Of a DNA stretch of 64,000 nt, positions 15,064 to 29,294 are shown in pieces (the first letter of the stretch is position 1; each line of letters begins with the position of its first letter). The DNA lies in assembly GCF_009914755.1 (NCBI RefSeq), contig NC_060927.1; one strand, given 5' to 3'. A model generated the notes under the pieces. The model searched no databases, had not been told where the DNA came from, and was given only the letters and a program-made list of their open reading frames with translations. This DNA comes from the human T2T-CHM13v2.0 reference genome, Homo sapiens. Both the position numbers and the translations under genes were made by a program.

Positions 15064-15711
15064 TATACTATAAAGTTTTTTTTTTCCCCCAACCATTTCT
15101 GCTTCAAATCACAAGCACACTTCCTAAAATACCAGGGTCAATCTAATTCTAGTTCTGAGAATTATCTTGAGAAAAAGTTATTTTGTCTCTGTCATCTTTA
15201 GCTGCACACTATGGATGGCATGTAAAACATGTAAAAAGGTGTAGATTCTGCCAAACAACTTAAATAATGTTGATCATTTAAAAGCATTAAAAAATTCCTA
15301 CTCATCCTAATTGTAGATGAATAAAGGAATTCCTTAGAAATGAATGGTATGCGTATAAAGCAGAATTTATTAATCCTAAATTCTTTTGTTCTGTTTTAAA
15401 TTCTTTATTAGTCACAGTCTATTTAACATCATGAATGGTTAATAAAGTATTTACTCATATAACTAGTGGTATATATTTCCCTGAACAGTTCAAGAACCTC
15501 TGCTAAAATTCAGACCTCAATCATTAGAGAATACAAACATTAACTTAACCAAAGGTCTAAATGATGATACTCAGCACTGTATTTAAAAGCTTTTCTTCTT
15601 TAGAAACAATGAAATAAAATATATTCCAGATAATGGAAGTCTGGGGGAAATTAAGAGAATGGGAAGTGGCCGAAAGGTGAAAATGAACAGAAAGTTCAGC
15701 TACACACATAC

Positions 15712-15802
15712 CACAAATTCTTCATCCACTTTATTTAATGTTAATTCTGCATCATCTTCTGCAACGCTTTCTTCTTCTAATTCTTCTACTGGGTATATTG
15801 GC
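15712..15802 (-). CDS. IFT57: IFT57 coding exon 4 (91 nt)
   Basis: Acceptor ttttag|, donor |GTATGT; (R)PIYPVEELEEESVAEDDAELTLNKVDEEFV; frame continuous. Confidence 0.96.
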
Positions 15803-15899
15803 CTAAAATAATAAGATTAAACATGAGGTGATAATTTTAATATTTAGTAAGACAAAAAAATCATAATGCAAATATCATGTCCTCTATGCCAGGTTTTGT

Positions 15900-16990
15900 C
15901 CTTTTTCATTCCGCTTCCATAATCACTGTTAAATGTTTCATGTATTTTTCCTAAAACTTTCTATGTAAAAAGCAAAAGTGTTTATCTCCAAATTTATAAA
16001 AAATGAGATGATACTATGCATGGTGTTATCCAACTTAATGCTTCTCACTAATACACCATATTTAAATACATATGTATTTCTCATTATTTTTTACATACAA
16101 GCACTGTATTTCATTGAACAATCAATACCATAATTAATGTAATTGGCAGCCTATGACTGAACATAGAGGTTTCTAATTATTTTGCTGGACAATATTGCAA
16201 AGATCATCTTTGTACATTTATCATTACACATACCATTTAGAATAAATTTGTTCAAGTGAAATGGCAGGGTAAACAACTTTGTACAGTATTGTTTTGCTAT
16301 ATACTGCCAAAATTGGCTTCCAAAATGTTACCCTAATTTAGACTCCAAACAATACTGAAGGAGAGTAACTCCATCTCCATATATTCACCAATATGATATA
16401 TAATACAAACTTTAATTTTAGCCAATCAACCAAGTGAAAAAAAATCTCATTCTTGTTTTAACTGCATTTCTTTAGCATGAAAGTGATTGAATATCTTGTC
16501 ATATTTTAATTGCTTATTTGCACTTCTTTTTAGGTGAAATGTCTATTTATACCATTTACTTTTTGGCTTTTTGTATATTAAGAAAATTAATGTTTTGCCT
16601 AACCTCTCAAAAATTGTTCCCCTAGTGTATTACTTATAATCTTGGCTATTCAAGATTGTTATAGTTCTTCTTAGATAGAGTTGGTAACCTTTTCCTGCAC
16701 AGACCCTAGCTTTAACATCATATATTAGAGGCTTTCTGTCATACCACAACCTCTATACTCCTCTGGTCTTTTAATACTTCTATAGTTTTACTTTTCATAT
16801 TTACATCTTTGATCAATCTGAAGTTTATTTTAACATAGGTAATAAGAAGGAGTCCAGCTTTCTTCTTATTTCCAAAATCTAATTAGTGATCCTAACATTA
16901 AACTTTGAAAAAAATCATTTATTCATCAAGATTAATGACACATTTCCTATATTAAAAGTACTTAAATGTATTTGGGCTTATTTATGAAAA
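15900..16990 (-). mobile_element. Ancient L1M fragment
   Basis: Degenerate reverse L1 ORF2/3' motifs (tactgccaaa, tcattcttgttttaactgcatttc); boundaries approximate. Confidence 0.6.
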
Positions 16991-17047
16991 CATATTTTTT
17001 TTCCTTTTTTTAATCCAGTAACAAAGCTAGAGAGAAAACTTGTATTA

Positions 17048-17329
<282 letters not shown>

Positions 17330-17637
17330 CCCATGCCTCAATCATGTTAAAAAAATACAAAAATCAACATTTACTAATATGCAAAATACTATGAACTAAA
17401 TCAATCATCTTAAATAATAAATTTCCTAATTTTTCATTAATTAGAATTCGAAAATATCTCAAAGGCAATGTTCTTCTAGGATTCATTTTGACATTTAGAT
17501 ATATAAAAAATTCATCTATATGTAACGTCTATCTCATTTACATGTTACAGAGCTGACATATTCTCTAATGTTGACTACTTTTCAGCTCCCTCCTTTTATT
17601 CCTCATTTAAACATAGTCCTTATAAGTTATCCAAGTC

Positions 17638-19030
17638 ACAGTCTCTTCAATAAATGGTGCTAAAAAACAAAAAAAGAAAAATAAATAGTACTGGGAAAAC
17701 TGGATATCCACATGCAAAAGAATGAAACTAGACCCTTACCTCTAACCACTTATAAAAACCAACTCAAAATGGATTAAAGACTTAAATATACAATCTGAAA
17801 CTGAAACTACTAGAGGAAATGTGGAAGAAAACACTTCATGACATTGGTCTGGGCAAGAATTTTTTGGATAAGACCTCAAAAGCACAGGCAACAAAAGCAA
17901 AAATAAACAAATGCGATTACATCAAACTTAAGGAAACAATCAAAAGAGTGAAGAGACAACCCACAGAATGGGAGAAAATATTTGCAAACTACCCATCTGA
18001 CAAGAACTTAACATCCAGTATGTATAAGAAATTCAAGCAACTCAATAGCAAAACAACAACAAAAAAACTAGTCTAATTTTTAAAATGGGCAAAAGATCTT
18101 AATAGACATTTCTCAAAAAATACATAGAAACAGCCAACAGATATATGCAAAAATGCTTGACATCACTAATCATCAGGGAAACGCAAATCAAAACCACGAT
18201 ATCATCTCACCCCAGTTAGAATGGCTATTACCCAACCCCTCGCCCCCCAAAATAACAAAGGCTGCTGAGGATATGGAGAAGGGGTAACCCTTGAACACTA
18301 TTGGTAGGTATGTAAATTATTAGTACAGACACTATAGCGAACACTATGGAGGTGCCTCAAAAAACTAAAAATAGCACTACTCTATTATCCAACAATCCCA
18401 CTACTGATGATATATCCAAAAGAAATGTAATCGGTATGTTAGAGATATCTGCACTCCCATGTTTATTGCAGCACTATTCACAATACTCAAGATACGGAAT
18501 CTGCCTAAGTATCCATCAAAGGTTGAATAGAAAATGTGGTATATTTTCACAGTGGAATACCATTCAACCATAAAAGAGAATGCAATTCTGTCATTTGTAG
18601 CAACCTGTATAAGCATGGAGGACACTATGTCAAGTGAAATAAGCCAGGCACAGAAAGACAAATATCATAGAAGTAGAGAGTATAATAGTGGTTACCATAG
18701 GATGGGAAGGGTAGGGGGAAGGGAGAATAGGGAGAAGTTGGTCAAAGTGGGTGAGTACAAAGTTACAGTTAGGAGGAATAAGTTCTAGTGTTCAATGCAC
18801 AGCAGGGTGACTACAGTTCACAATATTATATATTAATTAACAATAATATATATTTGAAAATAGCTCATAGAGATTTGGAATTTTCTTGCCACAATAAAAT
18901 GATAAACGTTTGAAATGATGAATATGTTAATTTCACTAACTTGATCATTGTATATTGTACACATGTATCGAAACATCACATTGTACTCCAAAATTTGCAG
19001 TTATGTGCCAATTAAAACTAAAAAATAAAT
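17638..19030 (+). mobile_element. L1MA-type 3' fragment (ORF2 end + 3'UTR)
   Basis: ORF 17819-18076 [33 protein letters not shown] is L1 ORF2 C-terminal; A-rich end. Confidence 0.9.
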
Positions 19031-20320
19031 TATCCAACTTACAATACAGAGGCCAGGAATAAGATGTGCTGAGAAACAAAGGAAGTGCAAAATAGAATAG
19101 TGGTTGAGATATTACACCATAGCTTCTGGTGAATTTAGAATATATTAGTCTATTAATTTAGCAGTTTTTTAAAATGCTAAATACAGCAGCACATCTCATA
19201 ACTTATCTTCTCTTGAAATTTAATAAAGTATTATGGACCATGTAGCCATTCTTTATATTGTACTAAATAATAATGTTTGGATTGAAGCATATGAAATTGC
19301 CATTTTTTAGTTTAAAAATAGATGAATATGAGTAATTTCATATGGCTCATCCCAATGATAACCTAATTCAAGGAAGTTATTAAACTTAATAGGGAGATTA
19401 TATCTAAAAGAATATAATTGAATATACATTAAAATGTTATTAACAGGGAATAATATATATATATGTGTGTGTGTGTATATAATCTTTCTACAGAAGTTAG
19501 TTCTAATTAAAAAAAAAAAAACACTGCTTACTCGCATTTTACCTGAATAGTGCCTTCTACATTCTAACCTATTAATAATCCCAAACTGCAAAGCATAAAA
19601 TTTATGTTTTCTAATTATAATCTCTATAAATTGAGTTTCCAAATGTTCTATTTCATCTATATGCTCAATATCTATTAAACATCTAAGATACACCAAGCAT
19701 TATGCTAACAGAGTACTTGTGAAGATTTCATGATTTCTAGCAAGAATGTCAGAATAGTAAAGAACAATTTTATACCATAGGATAAATATAATATAATATA
19801 ATAATAGAAATAAAGCACTGTCAGGTTGGACACAAAAGCAATGAACAATGTCTAGGAGAGTGTCAGGTAGTTTCTTCAGTATTATTCTTGCCCAGTAACT
19901 ACTAGCAAAGGAGAAAATCCCACTTAAAGTACTGTATTAATTTCCATTTTTCCTTAAATCTGTAGCTATCAGTTCCCTCTGTGTATATACTATGTTTGTG
20001 TGTGTGAACATATGTACAAGAGACTTTAAAAAAAAAGTCCAGTATTTACAAAGATATGTAGTCACAGTTAAACCTTTAATAATTACATATTTGAACAGGA
20101 AAAGGGCATAATAATATGTAACACATTACTTCAGAATTAGTTTTGAAGACGTGAGACATTCTAATTTTGCCTATACTGGCTTTTCTTAATTATCTGTGGC
20201 ATTTTCAATTTAGAATAGTCAAAAGGAATAATTCTTTTATGTTCAATTGAACAGCTCTGTACCCTCAGAGGCAAATGCTATGCCCATAAAATTACTATCA
20301 TCAGGGTGGGTAATTTTTAC

Positions 20321-20439
20321 CTTTTCCAGGTGAAACCAATATATTTCAATGCTTCTTCAGCGAAGCAATCAAGAACATAGCATACATGTTCTCCATAACC
20401 TGACTTTAATTTTGAAGGAGGAAAATCTGCAGTTCTTCC
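20321..20439 (-). CDS. IFT57: IFT57 coding exon 3 (119 nt)
   Basis: Acceptor ttttcag|, donor |GTAAAA; GRTADFPPSKLKSGYGEHVCYVLDCFAEEALKYIGFTWK(R). Confidence 0.97.
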
Positions 20440-21196
20440 CTGAAAAACAAAAGAAAAAACAGGGTATTATTTGTTAGTTATACTCCAAATGTCAAATATT
20501 TTAAGCAAAAAACTGCTGAATGGATGTATCACTTTTCTTTTAAATGATTTACAATAACTGTAATTACACTGCTTCATACAAATCCATTTCAAGTCTTTGT
20601 AACCCATTGATACATAAAAATACTCAAAGACTTTTATTGTTAAAAGTATCAAATTAAAAAGCAATAACATCATAGCAGCAGAACAAATTATTGATCTTAT
20701 TAGAGTGAAAAGAAACCAGTAAAACTATTTAAACAACTATGTTTAAGGACAGAGTGATTCACTTGTCAAAAATTAATAACATTTGTGCCAAAAATATCTT
20801 ACTGCCTGCCCAGGAAAAGTCAGAAATGAAAAAGTACAACTGCTGTCATGGTCTTAAGTACAAGTTCCCTTTCAGAATATAAAGTGTTTTGCCTTTGTAG
20901 GATTTTTTTTTTAATTATCATTTTTTAGATCAAGAATTAACCACCCCAAAATTTACCTCTCAGATATATCAAGATTTTTTTAAAAAAATATTACTTTGGG
21001 CTAATAAAGAGTATATACTGAACATTTTCAGAAGTGACATTAACATTATAATGTAAACTATTTTAAGGAGGTTTTACCTAAAAATAAATTCATATTTACA
21101 GAGGAGTCATCTAAATGGCTAGCATTTGTTATTAAATTACCAGTATTAAAATTCATAACTTGAGAACAAGGAAAAAGAACGGTCGTTTACACTTAC

Positions 21197-21359
21197 AAAT
21201 GACCGAAGCTCGGATAGTATGTTAGATATTGTTGCATTAGGGTCATCATATTCTTGAGGCTGCTCAAAGGGACGTCCCGCTTTATTAATCAACCAAGCAG
21301 CAAGAGTACAAAACATGTAGAACTGTTCGCCAGGGTTGGTAGGCAGTGCAAAATAGTGT
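21197..21359 (-). CDS. IFT57: IFT57 coding exon 2 (163 nt)
   Basis: Acceptor aaacag|, donor |GTAAGT; in frame with exon 1: RHYFALPTNPGEQFYMFCTLAAWLINKAGRPFEQPQEYDDPNATISNILSELRSF. Confidence 0.97.
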
Positions 21360-22443
21360 CTGTTTCAAAACAAGGAGGAATGGGGGCGGATGTGAAATAA
21401 TGCAAATAAGTCTATAATAACTAATAGGGCCGAATTCACAATTGTCCAACAATCTTTCTTCCCCCCAAATGGCCATCAAAAGACCTCGATAATTCACCCT
21501 TTGAAGTTTCCAGTAATCCACAGCACTCACATTGAAGTTTTTAAATCAGCAGGATTAGGGCAATTACTACTGTACCCAAAATATTAGATCAAAGACCTTA
21601 CACCCAGGAAATGTAGTGCATGTTAGAGCACAGAGCATGTAGAATTTTTGCCAAAATGATTTAAGTGTCAGTAATAATATGTAAGTACCTTATGAATGAA
21701 AATGGTAATCTGGAAGAACCTCAGAGTTTAAAAAAGACCTCAACGATTACTCATTATGCATTTTTACTGTTTCTAACCTATCACCTATGGTGAACATTTG
21801 TTTCTATGTTGACTGCATATTCAATCACCTGAGGAGCTAATAAAAATACTGGTACTTGACCAAACATTGCTTCTTCCCTCATGAATGAATTAAATCAGAA
21901 CTTCAGTGAAAGTAGGCCCAGTATGGGGTATATTTCAAAAGATTTCTACATGTTTATAAGGTGTAGTCAGGATTAAGAACCTGTGAATGTCACATCACCA
22001 GTCATACATCTGTGGGCTCTTGCTTAATCCCCTAGTCTACTAAACACAGTTCTACGAGGATCAGTATGATTTATACCTAAACATTATAGGAATAAAACTC
22101 ACTAGCAACAACATTCAAGTCAGTTTAATCAAAGATCTTATTTGTCTTGTTCATGTGTAGCTATGATTATTATGTTTACAATGTATTTACAACTATTATA
22201 ACCATTGTCATAAAAATCTGTCGTGTACTCCTTCATGTTTCCCAAACTTTTTCCTGCAGGATAAATGTAAATGTTCTGGAAGATAACAGAAAGCTGGGAA
22301 GAAAAAAGGCCATGAAGTCCTTCCAGGTATATGCTCACTATCCTTTCAAAGCACCCACCCACCAAAAAGTCATCTTTTCCTTATCGGCAGATAACTCTTC
22401 TAGGGCAGAGGAATGAACACCAATAGATACTGTAAACCTAGGA

Positions 22444-22630
22444 CAGTGGTTCCCAAACATTAGTGTCCATCAGAATCATCTGGAAGGCTTACTGAAACAG
22501 ACTGCTAGGCCCCATCCCTATAATTACTGAAAAGGTAGACCTGGGAAAGGGCCTGAGGAATTTCATTTCTAGTAAGTTCCCAGGTGATGCTGATGCTGTT
22601 GGTCTGGTGATCACATTTTGAGAACCATTG
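22444..22630. mobile_element. MER5A
   Basis: TIRs cagtggttcccaaa / tttgagaaccattg; near-8-bp TSD acctagga / gactagga. Confidence 0.88.
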
Positions 22631-23897
22631 GACTAGGATATCCCCACACAAATCCATGATTCAAAGTATCCTGCTGAACCCCTGAGGACACAGTGCAAGA
22701 GATGACATCAACAGAACCTTAAGGACATTTTGTTTTCATTTTAAAAATATACTTGGAAAAAAATGCATTTTTATTAACATAGGAAATGTTGGTTGTCTAT
22801 ATTATCCTGATCAATTCACTTTAAGTAATAATCCCAGGACTACCTTTTCTAACATGGATCAAGCAACACTACTTTTTCCTTTATCTTTTCTCCGACCATG
22901 GACTAATTTAATATGAACAGTTTATATCAAGCCTACATATCTTTCAATTCAAGTTATTGGAAGACAGCAGTGGAATGAGATTAAAACTATCAAGGGAAAT
23001 TATTTGAGCCTGGCTGTAGACATTAAGTACTATAGATTCTTAATACTGATTGCCTTTTATGGAATAAAATATACAAATGTAAGTATTAAAGTGAAAGAAA
23101 AGCTATAAAACTGATTTATCTGGCTACTGCTAAGCTACAGTGATTTGAGGAGAAGGTCCTAGCTGACCACTACCCTCAGCAAGTAATGGCATTGCTTTCA
23201 GGATATGTTGGACTTTTCCCCCACCGGAACAAGGGTAAAACTTTAGGTTCTATGATAGGGGGACAATTCAATAGTTGTCATTCGTCTTTTCCACTTTTCA
23301 GTTTCTGAGAGTATGGTTATTACAAAGGCAGAAGTCTTTTAAACCATAGCAAGTAGTTAACAAGTTTACTAACCGCATTTAAAGTGCTCCTTAACAGGGT
23401 CCTAAGTACCCACGGTCCCCAGTTGTATGAACAGGGTCTTAAACAACAACAAAAAACCCCAAACTAGAAAAAAAGCCTTAAGTGATAATGGCATTCCTCT
23501 CTGGAGGCGAGATTTTGGACGGTCTTATAATTTTTCTAGACATTTACTTGTGTTTTTCTGAGTTTTCTTCAATGAGTATGTTTCATCTTTACAATCAGAA
23601 AATATAGTTTGTGTTTTCTGGTAATGCGTGTGTGTTGGAAAAAAACAGGCAAGCTGTCTTCCGATCCTTTCTGCCGTTCCAAAACTTATTTATTCTCTCT
23701 ACAAAAATACCAAGTCAGGGCTGCGTGAGCTCCACGGACCTCCCGGGAGTTTGGGGTGAAGTGCCCTTCCCTGGCTAGGAAGACGGAGGCAAGGAATTGC
23801 TAACCCGCTCTCACGAAACTGGTTCCCAGCAGGACCAAGGAGGGCATCTCCCTGGGGGCTAGCAGGCACCCGGGCGCTCGGGGACGCCGGCACCCAC

Positions 23898-24109
23898 CTG
23901 GACGGGGCCTTCAGGTTGCTCTTCCGGAGGAACTCCTCCTCGTAGCGGAGCAGCTTCAGCTTCTCCACCAAGTCCTCCATCACCACGAACATGTGGTAGG
24001 CCGCGCCGGGCCCCCGCTCCAAGACCACTTCCCCGGTCCCTTCGCCACGGGACCTAGGCACCCCATCTTCCAAACCCGACGTCGTGACGACGGCCAGAGC
24101 AGCAGTCAT
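23898..24109 (-). CDS. IFT57: IFT57 coding exon 1 (212 nt)
   Basis: Translates MTAALAVVTTSGLEDGVPRSRGEGTGEVVLERGPGAAYHMFVVMEDLVEKLKLLRYEEEFLRKSNLKAPS(R), the IFT57 N-terminus; ends at donor CAG|GTGGGT; lies in a CpG island. Confidence 0.97.
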
Positions 24110-24201
24110 CGCAGAACGGACAGAGTCCAGCGTGGGCTCAGGCCCACAGACCTCTGCGGCCTAAGCCGCCAGCCCTGCCGCCGCCAGTACAGCCACGACC
24201 G

Positions 24202-24241
24202 GTTACCAGGCGACCACCGGACAATCCGTCACCAGGGAAAC
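24202..24241. promoter_or_regulatory. Two RFX X-box-like motifs
   Basis: GTTACC-A-GGCGAC (24202-24214) and GTCACC-AG-GGAAAC (24228-24241) resemble GTNRCC(N0-3)RGYAAC; RFX control of ciliary genes is established. Confidence 0.75.
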
Positions 24242-24261
24242 TAGACTCCGCCTCCTTCCCT

Positions 24262-24292
24262 CCAATCAGGGCGGCTTTCCTGAATGACGTCA
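24262..24292. promoter_or_regulatory. CCAAT box, GC box and palindromic CRE
   Basis: CCAATCA 24262-24268, GGGCGG 24269-24274, TGACGTCA 24285-24292. Confidence 0.7.
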
Positions 24293-26661
24293 CCTGTGGC
24301 CCTCTTCTTGCCCTGCCTCTGTGGAAATGGTGGTCGGGAAGCAGCCCCGCCCCTCATGGAGGCGTGGCGTTCGCGCCCCACTGCCGGCTGCGTCTTCTCC
24401 CTCGCTGAAAGTCTGAAGGGAGCCGGCTTACGTTTCTGCTCCGCTTGCCTAGTGAGTCTTGAGCTGGCTTGAGGTGTGTTGGACCTGGTGGTTGCTAAAA
24501 GCAATTAAGCGGGCATCTGGGTCAGCTAGTAGCTGTTAAAAAGATTAAAGGGAGGTGAAGACGTGTAGCACTGAAGGCTGCACTGGCTCACTGATACCTT
24601 TATTTTCTCAGAATTGAAAAGTTTTTCATAGTTGTAAAGATAGTCAATACCATAGGTTTCACTTTTACTGCAGGAACTTTCCAACGAGAGGTTTCTCTCG
24701 TTCTTTCTTTAATTTTATCTTTCTCTCACTAGGCAATGCTGCACTTAACAGTATATTGTAAAGCTTGAAGTACTGTATTACGTTGCCTGGCTGTTACTCC
24801 AGTGCTAGGAAAGTGGTTGGAAGGATGAGGAAGACAATGAACAAAAGGAGGCATTTGGAAGGATTTGTTTTACTTCAAAAACAAGAATACTAAGCTTCCA
24901 TCCTGCTGCTTAATCTGTTTCAAACCCATTACATGTAGTATAAAGTGTTTGGGTACTTCGTTAAATCCAACAGAATAGAGATGGTCTTAAAAGGAATTTC
25001 CCTGCCCTAAAGCTCTAAGGGTGGCTAAAGATAGGGTGTTACTACTGTATTCTGCAGTTATTGACCTAGAAAATTTAAGAAAAGGTACATAACTGACCAC
25101 AGAAATGGCCCAGCTTTACAGTTTTCAAAAGGCTTCTGTATTAGGCAATTTTCTTAACAGTTGCAAAAAATGAGGTAAGTGGTGGATGCCTGGCAGTTTT
25201 TGGGAAGAAAACTTAATACAAGAGATTGAACATATGTTCATGTTTATAACGTGACTTTTAAGGGCTCTCTGATCTCTTGTATCTGCCACTACAAAATATA
25301 GAAGGGCTACATTTTTGGACAACTGAAATTTGAAATGTATCTACAATATCCTGTTTTTATTAGAAAAAATGAGAACACTTTTCATTGTAATCCGTCTACA
25401 GCTAACTTGTTTCTGATACTAATAAGGTTATCAAAGTGAAAAGTCAGAAGGGCAAATACCATTTTTTCATTAAAGAAAGGAAGTACATAAAATTACAGAC
25501 TTATGTAGAGAATAACCTGAAGGGCAGCCCACTGAGAATTGCTTTTTAAATAAATAACATTGCTTGCCTACCACAAGTCATGAGCCAGCTGCTTTTAATA
25601 AAGTTGAGTGAGAAAATTGGATTTGATGTTACCCCACTACCAAATTGATCTTTCCTGGTCTTTGCCTTTTTGAAACAGTGATTCTCCCCGATAAGTCCAT
25701 ACCCCAACCACCACCACATGTGCAGCTTGGGGGTGTTATATGTATGTATAACAGGCACAGTAGTGTAAGATAGATGTATGGCTTTATAAGACTGAAAAAT
25801 GAAAGCTTAGATATGTTTTGGGGTCCTAAGTTAACTAACAAGCAAACTGGGGCTTTTTACATGACTCTGAAAAAGCTCTCAGACTTTGGAAGTAAATTTA
25901 TTACACTCAGGGAGGGAGATGTTCCTGCCAGGCATGCTGCCTACTTAAGATGTTCTGACATTTTCAGGAAGTTACGTAACACAGTATGAAATAGTCAAAC
26001 GTTGCTTTTTAGCTGATAAATCCTCCAGCAACGTATGTATTTTAACTTGGGGGAAACAAAACGACTCCCAGGGTCTTAGCCATTTCCTTCCCAGGTAAAA
26101 TACTGACACAGCCTGGCCTGAAAGCAGTATACAGAATAATTTCCCCCCTTAATTGTGAAGAAGAAAAAAACCCAAAAATATAAAGTATTTCCAGTAATTG
26201 TGGCACAAAGAGAACAAAAAAGCTAACTGTTCAATACTGCATGTTTCCCCAATAAAAAGTTTTAGAAAGAACACTGAAATTTCATTGTTTTGTAAAGCCC
26301 AGGGATTATTTTTGCTGATTCCTTGTTTACCTGTAATAGTTTGTAACACATCAAAAGATCTTTTCCTTGATAGTTTTCTTCGTGTGTGTGAAAATGCACT
26401 CAAATCCTCTTCTAGCTGTTTCAGCCACTTGGAAACTTTGGGGAATACAGTTGTATCAGGTTTTTTTTTGTTGTTTTGGTTTGCAGGACTAGTTTATTTG
26501 TTGACTAAGGAGTTAGAGCTTGAAGAGAATGAGCCATGTTCATTCTTCCTGTAAAATCTCAATTTCATCCCTGGTTTTACTGTATTGGCCACTATTAATA
26601 GCTGGCCTTCTGACTTTGACTTTTATTTCTTTCAAACTATCTGTGAGGTAATTGAAAGTAA

Positions 26662-26787
<126 letters not shown>

Positions 26788-26837
26788 TAAAACTCGTGGA
26801 TCTTTCTGTGAAACTCTGAAAACTAAATAGCATTCCA

Positions 26838-27255
<418 letters not shown>

Positions 27256-27394
27256 TCAAATAGAAGAGCAAATCCTTCAGGCAAACTGGGTAGGCTTAAA
27301 GAACAAAGCTGTGCTGTGTTATAAATGGCTTAGTACCACCCATTTGGGTTGTTAAAAACTTAGAAAATCGCTAACTGAATAAATCTTCCTTGAA

Positions 27395-27954
27395 ACTATA
27401 GAGAAGGAAAAACTTTTTCTGCCCTCTTTGGTTCAATAGCTGGGCCTGTGAATTAAATGAACATAAGACAAGTAAACAGGAAAAAAGCACACAAATTTTA
27501 TTTAATATTTTTACATGCACATGGGAGCATTCAAAAGAAAAATGAAGCGGATAGGACCAACAGCTTATATGCCTTTTTTTTTTAAAAGAAAACAAAGAAT
27601 GATACATTTGTAGGGAAGTGACAAGACAAAGGAAAAGGGATTTAAGGTTGACAAACTGTAGACAAGTGACTAGGAAAAATATGGGTAAAATTAGTGGAAG
27701 ATAAAGATTATTTTAATAGGTTTGTTTCTGCAGACCCATTTTAGCATTAATTTCCAGGCTCCCATCATAAAAATGTTATTTCCTGGTACAGGGATGGCTT
27801 CTTTCTCATGGGAAATTTTATGACTTGCTTTTAAGTAGGAAGGGGAAGGTCAGAGAGCCCTTCATATATCTGCTGTATCGCAGGTGCCTTCATATCACAA
27901 TAATCAGTATGCAACAGCAGCATATTTTGGGGTGGCATGTTCTAAGCCCCATTC
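27395..27954 (-). mobile_element. ERV1 solo LTR (MER34/MER39-like)
   Basis: Reverse strand begins tgaatggggcttagaacatgccaccccaaaatatgctg; AATAAA near the other end. Confidence 0.65.
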
Positions 27955-27959
27955 AACCT

Positions 27960-28990
27960 CATCAAAAGTGTCTGCCAAAAATCTAGAAGGAAAAAAATCA
28001 TATTTATATGTAAATCTTTAAAAGCGGTGCCTCGTAAAGCAATTTACATTACCTCTTCAAAACTGCCCTATAGACCAGAACCAGTGCACTCAGACAAAAA
28101 GATAGGAGTAACTATTGCAGTTGCTGTGATTAATTAAAATTTCCAAGAGAATCTACAGACATGCTATTAAGATAGCTCAGCAAGTTTGCCATATATGAGG
28201 TCCAAACTAAAAAGAGTTATTGGATGCATAGTATTCTATTGACTATTTTGAATTAAAAGCACTTAAAACCCCAAAAGTTACTGGAGATGATAGTTAGAAA
28301 AACAAACCTCATAATAAGCAACACACAGCACCCAGGAACAAACCTATCATTATCTTTATAGAGAGATTGTTAAACTTTACTGAAAGTTTTGGAAAAATTC
28401 AAATAGGAATACAATGTTTATAATGAGAAAAGTCAGCATATTTGCCCAATCTATAAATTTAGCATAATTTCAACTATAATTCCAGGAGGGCTATTCTGAA
28501 ATTCATATGTAAGCATAAATTTTAAAGAAGTCTGAGGTAGGAATTACAATATATCAGATAGCAAGATTCCTAATAAAAGTATAAATTAATGATATTATCA
28601 GAATATATACAAAATAGCCTGAAAGCAGATGAGCATTCATATGGAAACTTAGTTTGCGGCAGAATCAGTGTTACCTCCTAGTGGAGAAAAATGAGCTATT
28701 CGCAAAATGCTATTAAAACTATGGGCTATCCATATGGAAATAAAATTACATCTATGACTTCCATCACATAAATTTCAGATGGATTGAAGACAAATGTAAA
28801 ATATTTGTAATGTGTAGAAGAAAGCAGTATCTTTAACCTCAATGTAGGGAAGGAGTTCGTAAAAGAAAAGACTTAAAAAGAGAAACTTATAAAAATTTAA
28901 GAACCCAGATACAAAATAGGGCTTTATAAACAGTGAATAAAGAAGATACTTGTGAGCCCTGTAATATCAATGGATTAATCTCCAGGATAC
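27960..28990 (+). mobile_element. Ancient L1ME ORF2 relic
   Basis: Degenerate motifs ctataaatttagcataatt, attctgaaattcatatg, ctatccatatggaaa; boundaries approximate. Confidence 0.6.
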
Positions 28991-29051
28991 ACAAGTAGGT
29001 CACTGCAAAGCCTCTGCCATTCTAGAGGATTGTAGGTGGGTTCGTTTAGGT

Positions 29052-29294
29052 TGGGGTTTCTCGTTCTAAGCACTATTGCCATTTCAGGCTGGATCATTGT
29101 TGGAGGACTGTGCGTGCATTGCAGGATGTTTAGCAACATCCTTGGCCTCTACCCACTAGTTGCCAGTAGCACCACCCCTAATGGTAACAACGAAAAATGT
29201 CTCTGGACATTGCCAAATGGCCTCTGGTCGGGGGTGGGGGTGGGTGGCGGGGGGCGGGGGTGGGAGGGCAAATCACCCTGATTGAGAACCACTG
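29052..29294 (-). mobile_element. MER20 with G-rich expansion
   Basis: ggcctctacccactag...tgtctctggacattgccaaatg...ttgagaaccactg. Confidence 0.85.

Larger units (their letters stand above)
23720..24450. promoter_or_regulatory. CpG island / IFT57 promoter
   Basis: Sharp rise in GC and CpG density around exon 1 in an otherwise AT-rich, CpG-depleted window. Confidence 0.9.

Noticed and set aside
23699-23897. 136-aa ORF extending exon 1 into intron 1
   Set aside because: A canonical donor at 23897 splices in frame to exon 2; read-through is expected in GC-rich sequence
23993-24504. Short ORFs on both strands in the CpG island
   Set aside because: Expected from stop-codon scarcity in GC-rich DNA
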